Assembly (NCBI GenBank): GCA_030539165.1
Contig: JAUNSO010000006.1
Coordinates: forward strand, 40,242-104,241
Length of the DNA: 64,000 bases
Origin: a bacterium
GTDB lineage: Bacteria > Bacillota > Clostridia > Lachnospirales > Lachnospiraceae
Direction: 5' to 3'
Shown here: positions 30,745 to 37,567 of the stretch, piece by piece
Layout of the letters: every line of letters starts with the position of its first letter
Position numbering within the stretch: position 1 is the first letter of the stretch
Notes under the pieces: model-generated
The model's input: the letters and a program-made list of their open reading frames with translations, nothing else
Told to the model about the DNA's origin: nothing
The model's database searches: none
Program-made: the position numbers and the translations under genes

Positions 30745-30990
30745 CGTAAAGAAATCGGCGGACTCGTGGATGGAGAATACAAACGAGATTGGCATTTGAG
30801 AGAGAACGGTAGCTGAAATAAAGAATTACCAGAAACAGATTAAAAACAATGACATATACTATATTAGCTGTAGAAAGTGCTTGATATAAACTTTAAAGTC
30901 AAGATCACTGAATACAGTGATCGCGTTGCAGAAACCTGTGAGGTCTGCGACCGGGGGGAGAACCTGCGGGGGCTTCTCTTTTTTATTTTG
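30745..30990 (+). ncRNA. Candidate untranslated structured transcript or leader (unclassified)
   Basis: Lies between the orphan promoter and a T-run (30979-30989) that is preceded by a weak GGGGAGAA/TTCTCTTT hairpin. It contains a perfect 8-bp hairpin (30903-30922) and a GCAGA..TCTGC helix (30938-30958). Confidence 0.3.
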
Positions 30991-31004
30991 AGGAGATATT
31001 GTGC

Positions 31005-31109
31005 ATGTTAAGCCTCAAGAAACATGATAGTATATCAGAACAGGAATTATATGAAAAAATGGGTTTCCCGGAAAACTGGAGGAAGATAACCCGATACAGG
31101 AAACAGTAA
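31005..31109 (+). CDS. Possible 34-aa small ORF (MLSLKKHDSISEQELYEKMGFPENWRKITRYRKQ)
   Basis: GAGGAG lies 8 nt upstream of ATG 31005. Too short to assess coding potential. Confidence 0.3.
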   Translation: MLSLKKHDSISEQELYEKMGFPENWRKITRYRKQ

Positions 31110-31177
31110 AATGGTTGGAATCAAGCCTTCAAGTCTTCTCAAAGATTTGGAGGTTTTCTTATATTCATTTATCCAAA

Positions 31178-31207
31178 TTAGAAACATTAGAAACAAAATT
31201 AGAAACA
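31178..31207 (+). promoter_or_regulatory. Three direct repeats of TTAGAAACA just upstream of the REC/sortase operon promoter
   Basis: TTAGAAACA at 31178-31186, 31187-31195 and 31199-31207. The last repeat ends 18 nt before the -35 hexamer. Confidence 0.5.
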
Positions 31208-31224
31208 ATATGTAGCAAAATAAC

Positions 31225-31252
31225 TTGAAATTTTGTCAAGATATAGTACAAT
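31225..31252 (+). promoter_or_regulatory. Sigma-A-like promoter for the REC/sortase/LRR operon
   Basis: TTGAAA (31225-31230), 16-nt spacer, TACAAT (31247-31252). Confidence 0.45.
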
Positions 31253-31300
31253 GTAGATATATGTGTAACTATGCCTTGCGAACAGAAAGGTCAGAACCGG

Positions 31301-32323
31301 ATGCGCACGATTTTATTTGTAAATGATGACGAGAATCTGCTGAACAGACTGAGGGCAATCGTACTGGATAAGACGGTTCAGTGCTTCTTTGCTTCGAATG
31401 TCGAGGCGGCGCTTGGCATCATGGAGACACGTGAGATCGCGCTGGTAGTGGCGGATGTAGAGATGGCAGCACTGTCCGGCAGAGAGTTTCTGGAGATTAT
31501 CTATGCCAGATATCCGCAGACCATCCTGATGATCATGTCGGATGAGGAACATGTGCGAGAAGCCATATCGATTCACAATGATCTGCATACCAATAAACTG
31601 ATCATGAAGCCTTGGCAGTCAGCAGATGAGTTCATCAAATGGCTCATGAACGGTCTGGAGGCCTACAACAAGGCTGAGCAGCAGCGACAGATGGCTGCTG
31701 AGCTGGCAGAACGTTCTGAGAAATATAAGCAGGTATTGTTTGATATGTCCAACGTCCTGAATGACCGGATGGAGGGCTACCGCAAGATCGAAGAAGTATA
31801 TGAAAAGGCACTGGCAACCATGCTGCAGGAATGCAGTACGGAAATGACCGCAGATGAAATGAAGTGCGTCACGGATTTTGAAAACTATCTGACAAAATGT
31901 TTTACGCAGACGTACTTTGAAGGTATAGCAGAACAGGCATCCTTTGGTAAGGCGATGGAAAACAGATATCACGAGGTATCCGATAACCGTTATTTCAAGT
32001 TTGAAAATCAGGTAGACGGAGAGATTGCCAAGGAAAGCTTTCAGGATATTCGCTTTCTGATACAGGCAATCGCGGAGTATTACGGACTGCTGTATCCGAC
32101 ATTTCGTGCAAAGGTGAGTATACAGAGACATTCAGACACATTATACGTAGTGAATACACTGTATGAACTGCCGGGCTATGAGATTATGGAAAAGGCAGGT
32201 ACACTGATTAAGAAGCTGCTGAAACAGCTGTTGGATAACTATACAGCAAAAAATGTATATGGTGAAAAAAATAATATACAGCAATACAAGTTCTATATTT
32301 ATCAAAAAGATGAAAATGTGTGA
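31301..32323 (+). CDS. Orphan response-regulator receiver (REC) protein with uncharacterised roughly 230-aa C-terminal domain
   Basis: REC hallmarks are present: NDDE acidic pocket, phospho-acceptor context LVVADVEM, and LIMKPW (conserved Lys). No DNA-binding or enzymatic output domain that I recognise, and no kinase gene nearby. Confidence 0.8.
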   Translation: MRTILFVNDDENLLNRLRAIVLDKTVQCFFASNVEAALGIMETREIALVVADVEMAALSGREFLEIIYARYPQTILMIMSDEEHVREAISIHNDLHTNKLIMKPWQSADEFIKWLMNGLEAYNKAEQQRQMAAELAERSEKYKQVLFDMSNVLNDRMEGYRKIEEVYEKALATMLQECSTEMTADEMKCVTDFENYLTKCFTQTYFEGIAEQASFGKAMENRYHEVSDNRYFKFENQVDGEIAKESFQDIRFLIQAIAEYYGLLYPTFRAKVSIQRHSDTLYVVNTLYELPGYEIMEKAGTLIKKLLKQLLDNYTAKNVYGEKNNIQQYKFYIYQKDENV

Positions 32324-33144
32324 GGAACAGAACCTTGAGTAAGAAGAAACAGAAAGCGATGAGTCCGGCGGAGAAGGGTCGCAGGGCTGTTATGATACTG
32401 ATGGCATTCATCGCGGCGGGAAGCCTTGGATATTTTGCTTATTATTGTTATCAGGCATCCCATACGGAACAGGCGTCTCACCAGCTGGCTGAGTTAAAAG
32501 ATAAGGATATTGCCGTAAATCCGGAGCGGTTCTTTACCCGACCGGAGGAGGAAGCAGCACCGGATATCCTAGATGAATACAAAGCACTGTATAATAAGAA
32601 TAAAAGTCTAATCGGATGGCTCAAAATTGACGATACTAATATTGATTACCCCGTGATGCAGTCAAAGAATGAGGAATATTATCTGGAGCATGATTTTGAT
32701 CAGAATTATGATAAAAACGGCACACTCTTTATCAGTGCCGATGCCAAGATCTGGCCGAGAAGCCAGAATATTATCGTGTTCGGACATAATATGAAGTCCG
32801 GTAAGATGTTTGGCTCTCTGGGCAAGTACAAGGATCAGAGTTATTACGAAAAGCATAAGCAGATCAAGTTCGATACATTATACGAAAAGGGCACCTATGA
32901 GGTTATGTATGTTTTTTTGTCAAAGGTGTATGATGAGGACGAGATTGCATTTAAGTATTACCAGTTTATAGATGCAATATCTGAGGAAGAATTTAATTCA
33001 CATATGGAAGATATGAAGAATATGTCTTTGTACGATACAGGCGTGACGGCAGCATTTGGAGACCAGCTGTTGACATTATCCACCTGTGATCATGACACTG
33101 CAGATGCAGAGCGTTTTGTAGTGGTGGCAAAGAGAATCCAATAA
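32320..33144 (+). CDS. srtB: Class B sortase
   Basis: N-terminal TM anchor, IGWLKIDDTNIDYPVMQ, catalytic His context VFGHNM, catalytic Cys LTLSTCDHD and Arg ERFVVVAKR. The GTG start overlaps the upstream stop (GTGTGA); an alternative ATG is at 32359. Confidence 0.87.
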   Translation: MRNRTLSKKKQKAMSPAEKGRRAVMILMAFIAAGSLGYFAYYCYQASHTEQASHQLAELKDKDIAVNPERFFTRPEEEAAPDILDEYKALYNKNKSLIGWLKIDDTNIDYPVMQSKNEEYYLEHDFDQNYDKNGTLFISADAKIWPRSQNIIVFGHNMKSGKMFGSLGKYKDQSYYEKHKQIKFDTLYEKGTYEVMYVFLSKVYDEDEIAFKYYQFIDAISEEEFNSHMEDMKNMSLYDTGVTAAFGDQLLTLSTCDHDTADAERFVVVAKRIQ

Positions 33145-33214
33145 AGAGAAATATGTATGTCTATGACGATTAAGCCTAAACCGGACAGAACCGGCGATAT
33201 ACGGAGGAGATCAT

Positions 33215-36200
33215 ATGGGAGCAGCACCTAAAAAAGTAAAGAGAAGACTGAAGAAAAGTGCACGAAGAACAATCGCAGCACTCCTTTTGGTGACCGCACT
33301 CATCGTAGCAGCGATTCCGGTGCAGGACTTATCAGCAGGTAATGGAAGTGCTTCAACGGGTGCCTCATATGAAGACTTTAGTTTAGATAAATTTAAAGAT
33401 GATTATGACGCGACATCAAATAATAAATATCGGACGGCGTCAGATCCCAATAATGCGTCTTTGAGTGTAACGAACCATTATACCAGTGCGGATGATCTGG
33501 TACCAAAAACATATGGATATCTGATTAATCAGAATACAGGAGTCTGTGAACTGGACAGCCAGTATCACCTGCCGATACCGCTATACTATATTGACTATTT
33601 TAATACCGGATATTCTCCGAACAGTGCTTCCATGGCTGGCTTTAATGATAATGCAATTTATACAATCACAAATGGAGTATTGCCTTTCTATAATAAAATG
33701 GGATATGATTCTGCTGCAACATATGACACAACCAAAGCCAAGAATGTTGGAACAATCTTTCAGACGGTTACCTACAAAGTACCGGTTGTATATACTGCTG
33801 ACAGGTCAAAGACAATTCCTGAAGGCTTGGTTGATCCACCCTATCAGGGTGTTCTGCAAGGGGAAACAACCAATACTGATGGTACCATCACGAAAACATA
33901 TCATGTTGTAGTGATGTTTGATCAGTTTGGAAATAAATATCTGAGTAATGGTACAATGGTCAATGATGGCGATCAGGATCCTGTACCAGATGCATCTTAT
34001 CCAAATGTAACATCAGAAATTACAATTCCATATACATGTGATTCAAGCAGACAGGCATTGATTACCTGTATTGCCGATAATGCATTGGCAGGAAAGACAA
34101 ATTTCTCAAAGCTTGCAATACCGACCTATATCAGTAGAATTGGAAATGAATCTTTTAAGGGATGCACAGCTTTAACGGCAGCTTCCTTTGAAAGCGGATT
34201 ATCTTCCATCGGTACGATGGCTTTTGCAGAATGCGGAAATCTGGGGTCTGTGGATTTTGCACCCTCCAATTCACCGAGTGCCTGTGCCACATTAGGAGTC
34301 GGAGCGTTTGGCAATTGTTATACACTGTCTTCTTTTGAGTTTCCATCGGGTATACAGAATGCAAGCTCTGCCGTATTATATGGCTGCGCTGCACTCAGAA
34401 ATCTGGAGATGAGTAAAACGTCGAAGACAAGTACAGAAATTACAGGCTTTAATACCTTAGGTAATTATGCATTTATGGGGTGCAGTTCCCTGACGGATGT
34501 TGTGATGAATCCGTATTTAAGTACGGTGGGTAAGGGTTCTTTTGTCAATAACTCCAGTCTCGCCCACGCCACCATGAAGAACAATCATGGAATTACATAT
34601 CCTGACACAACATTTGATAATTGCGGATTACTGGCATGGGTCAAGGTTATGGATGCCGCCACGACCTTTAATGATACTTCGGAGCTGACCAATATGTCAG
34701 AGGATTTTTATATCTGGGGTGCAACACCAGCAGCGACTCCGACAGCATCCTCTCAGGCATATCAGTTCGCATTTAAGAACAGTATTACATATTACTATGA
34801 GGAACCGGCAGGATCAGGGCATTATGAAAGAGCATCAGATGGTTATGTATTTACGGTAGATGCGGGCTCAAGCTCAGAGGTAACCCTAAGTAATTTTAAG
34901 AAGACGAGTGCAGCCGGAACGGATCTGGAGATTCCGAGTAAGCTCGGCCCCTTCACGATTGTGGCAATCGGAGAAAACTGCTTTAATAAAGACGATGCGG
35001 ATTTGATAGAAAATCTGAAGATTCCCAAAACGGTGAGAGCAATCGGAAGCAAGGCATTTTATGGAATGAATAGTCTGGCAACAGTAGATATTTCTACTTA
35101 TGGTGTATCAATCGGCAGCGAAGCATTTGCAGAATGTCCTCTTCTGAATACGGTTACTTTTGATCAGGATGAGGCAATGAGTGACACGCTGGTTGGAGAC
35201 TCCTGTTTCAAAAATGATTCAGCGCTTCGATTGATTTCATTTAGAAATGATGATTATACGCGTGGTGCGATTTATGATACACAGGTAAAGTCAGTCGGAG
35301 TGGATGCATTTAAAACCGGCGGACCGAAGCTGACGGTTAAGGGCAAGATGGAAGTGGGCTACCCTCCATTTGATTATGCCATCAATCCGGAAAACAAGAT
35401 TAATACATCTACTGTGAACCAGTATATTATTTATGAAACAGGAAACCCATATAACCTGATCGCACAGTATGATCCGGATATTGATCGCGATCCCTTGACG
35501 GAGGATGGAGCAGTTTCATTGTTCTCTTTCCCCGAATTAACAACTGTTGTAGGAACTTATGACAACGGTGGTGTTCCTGCTGATGTTACCGTAGATGATG
35601 TAATTCAAGGCCGCCATATTTCTAATCCGATTTCACAGGTACAGGCGGATATTCAGACATATTCAATGAATATCACCGCACCTGCAGGTATAAAGTCTAT
35701 TGTGGACACGACTCATGCTGATACCAGTACACCAGCCAGTGAAAAGTATTTTATTAATCTGGAGGTGGATGAGCAGGCGTGCCAGACAGTGACGCTGGGC
35801 GGAGTAACGAGTCTGCCAACCGTGACAGGAGGAGTTGGAGGCTTTGATACAGGTGCTTTTGCATATAATTATGAAACTGCAACAAGCAGTTCTGAAAAAT
35901 CGCCACTTAAAAATGTGATATTCAATGCAGATATGACAGACATCGGAACGCTTCCATTCTATGATTCAACGAGTATAGAAAGTGTTACTTTTAATGGAGA
36001 AACCAATCCAGGAACGATCGACAATCCATTTTACTGGTGTGAGAAGGGCATTATATTCAGTTCCTATATAGACGCTAACAACAAGGAAATTGTAACCTTG
36101 GAGGAAGTACTCCCGAGTAGGGGCTCAGCAAGTGTAGAAGATCAGTATATTACATCCGATGAGACTGCAGCGATTGACAATATCAATCCGAGAGCATTCC

Positions 36201-37543
36201 AGAACTGTGATAATATTAAGAGCGTAGATCTTTCTTCCTCCTCTGATCTGACATCCATACCGGATAATTGTTTTCTGGAGTGTGACAATCTGAGAACGGT
36301 TTATCTGCCGGATACAGTTACAGACATTGGAGAATATGCGTTTTCAGAGTGTTTTGATGGCATTGAAGTAACGATACCGGGCAAGGAAGTAGATATCGAT
36401 GATACCGCTTTTACAGGTACCGGTTCGGCTACTTTGAAGAGCTATAAAAACAGTGCTGTAGAAAGATATGCAAAGCGCTTCAGTAATCTGAGATTTGAAC
36501 CGCTTGGCGATACCTTTACTGTCATCTTTGCAGACTATAACGGCGATATCTTGGATACGCAGACTGTTACCAGCGGCAAGGATGCGACACCGCCGGCATC
36601 TCCGACTCGTACCGGCTATACCTTTACCGGATGGAGACCGAACTATACGGGCATTACGGCAAATGTGACCTGTATTGCGCAGTATACAGCAAACTCAACG
36701 ACCAGTACGACGTCAAGCACGAGCAGGACATCAACTACCAGCTCCACCAGCAGGACATCGACAACCAGTACGACCAGATCCAGCAGCAGCTCCAGCAGCA
36801 GTTCATCGTCCAGTAGTTCCTCCAGCAGCTCGTCGAGCAGCTCCAGCAACAGCTCATCCAGTAGCTCAACATCAACGATCGCTTCGACTGTGAAGTCAGG
36901 AACAGGAACGGGGACAGGCAGTACAGGCGGAAAGACATCGACAGGATCAACGAGTAAGCCGGCTGGAAACACCAGAGTCGTAGCGAACACCTCAGGCATT
37001 ACCGATATCGGAAAGGTGTCTGCAACAGTGAATGGCTCTACAGACAGCTATGTCATTAAGATTACGGATACACCGGAGGCTGATGCAGCGGCTGAGCAGG
37101 CATTGCTTGCAAAGTTTGGCTCATTGGATGCGCTCAGGTATCTGCCAATCGATATTAGTCTGTATGACAGTACGGGAACGACCAAGATTTCACCGATACC
37201 GGATGGAGTGACAGTCAGTCTGACGATGCCGATACCGGATCCTCTGGCAATCTATGGTGGTAATGCAAAGCCGGCACTGACAGAGGATGGAAAGCTGAGA
37301 GTGCTGAATCCGAGATTTACAGTGATCAACGGCATTCCTTGTATGAACTTTACGATCGATCATTTGTCACCATATGTGATCTATGTGGATACATCGAATC
37401 TGTCTGCATCAGGTTCTCAGGACGCGACCCCTGTGACCGGCGATCCGATCCATCCGAAGTGGTTCTTAGTCATCGGACTGGCTGCATTTGCAGTGGTACT
37501 GTTCCTCAAGAGAGACCCGGAGGAGAAGGTCAGAACTGCGTAG
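33215..37543 (+). CDS. 1442-aa cell-surface protein: BspA-type leucine-rich repeats, Listeria-Bacteroides (Flg_new-like) repeat, Ser/Thr-rich stalk, C-terminal module and membrane-anchor/sorting tail
   Basis: N-terminal signal/TM. Recurrent LRR_5-type units (IPxxVxxIGxxAFxxCxxLxxV). TVIFADYNGDILDTQTVTSGKDATPPASPTRTGYTFTGW. Poly-S/T. Tail TPVTGDPIHPKWFLVIGLAAFAVVLFLKRDPEE. Confidence 0.85.
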   Translation: MGAAPKKVKRRLKKSARRTIAALLLVTALIVAAIPVQDLSAGNGSASTGASYEDFSLDKFKDDYDATSNNKYRTASDPNNASLSVTNHYTSADDLVPKTYGYLINQNTGVCELDSQYHLPIPLYYIDYFNTGYSPNSASMAGFNDNAIYTITNGVLPFYNKMGYDSAATYDTTKAKNVGTIFQTVTYKVPVVYTADRSKTIPEGLVDPPYQGVLQGETTNTDGTITKTYHVVVMFDQFGNKYLSNGTMVNDGDQDPVPDASYPNVTSEITIPYTCDSSRQALITCIADNALAGKTNFSKLAIPTYISRIGNESFKGCTALTAASFESGLSSIGTMAFAECGNLGSVDFAPSNSPSACATLGVGAFGNCYTLSSFEFPSGIQNASSAVLYGCAALRNLEMSKTSKTSTEITGFNTLGNYAFMGCSSLTDVVMNPYLSTVGKGSFVNNSSLAHATMKNNHGITYPDTTFDNCGLLAWVKVMDAATTFNDTSELTNMSEDFYIWGATPAATPTASSQAYQFAFKNSITYYYEEPAGSGHYERASDGYVFTVDAGSSSEVTLSNFKKTSAAGTDLEIPSKLGPFTIVAIGENCFNKDDADLIENLKIPKTVRAIGSKAFYGMNSLATVDISTYGVSIGSEAFAECPLLNTVTFDQDEAMSDTLVGDSCFKNDSALRLISFRNDDYTRGAIYDTQVKSVGVDAFKTGGPKLTVKGKMEVGYPPFDYAINPENKINTSTVNQYIIYETGNPYNLIAQYDPDIDRDPLTEDGAVSLFSFPELTTVVGTYDNGGVPADVTVDDVIQGRHISNPISQVQADIQTYSMNITAPAGIKSIVDTTHADTSTPASEKYFINLEVDEQACQTVTLGGVTSLPTVTGGVGGFDTGAFAYNYETATSSSEKSPLKNVIFNADMTDIGTLPFYDSTSIESVTFNGETNPGTIDNPFYWCEKGIIFSSYIDANNKEIVTLEEVLPSRGSASVEDQYITSDETAAIDNINPRAFQNCDNIKSVDLSSSSDLTSIPDNCFLECDNLRTVYLPDTVTDIGEYAFSECFDGIEVTIPGKEVDIDDTAFTGTGSATLKSYKNSAVERYAKRFSNLRFEPLGDTFTVIFADYNGDILDTQTVTSGKDATPPASPTRTGYTFTGWRPNYTGITANVTCIAQYTANSTTSTTSSTSRTSTTSSTSRTSTTSTTRSSSSSSSSSSSSSSSSSSSSSSSNSSSSSSTSTIASTVKSGTGTGTGSTGGKTSTGSTSKPAGNTRVVANTSGITDIGKVSATVNGSTDSYVIKITDTPEADAAAEQALLAKFGSLDALRYLPIDISLYDSTGTTKISPIPDGVTVSLTMPIPDPLAIYGGNAKPALTEDGKLRVLNPRFTVINGIPCMNFTIDHLSPYVIYVDTSNLSASGSQDATPVTGDPIHPKWFLVIGLAAFAVVLFLKRDPEEKVRTA
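36689..36965 (+). repeat. Low-complexity Ser/Thr-rich coding tract, including a run of about 30 Ser in mixed codons
   Basis: Encodes ANSTTSTTSSTSRTSTTSSTSRTSTTSTTRSSSS...SSSTSTIASTVKSGTGTGTGSTGGKTSTGSTSKPAGN. It produces several spurious ORFs in other frames and on the other strand. Confidence 0.9.
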
Positions 37544-37567
37544 TACGTTGGAGACCGGAGGAAGTAT

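Noticed and set aside
30900-30990. c-di-GMP-I or c-di-GMP-II riboswitch ahead of the sortase/adhesin operon
   Set aside because: The only resemblance is a vague helix-hairpin-helix followed by ACCG. The GNRA tetraloop/receptor and conserved ACGCA/GGCAAACC-type elements are not visible. It is kept only as an unclassified candidate RNA.
36631-36999. Four overlapping ORFs (both strands) inside the Ser/Thr-rich tract
   Set aside because: These are low-complexity artefacts of the AGC/TCC-rich repeat. They lie entirely within the 1442-aa LRR protein reading frame.
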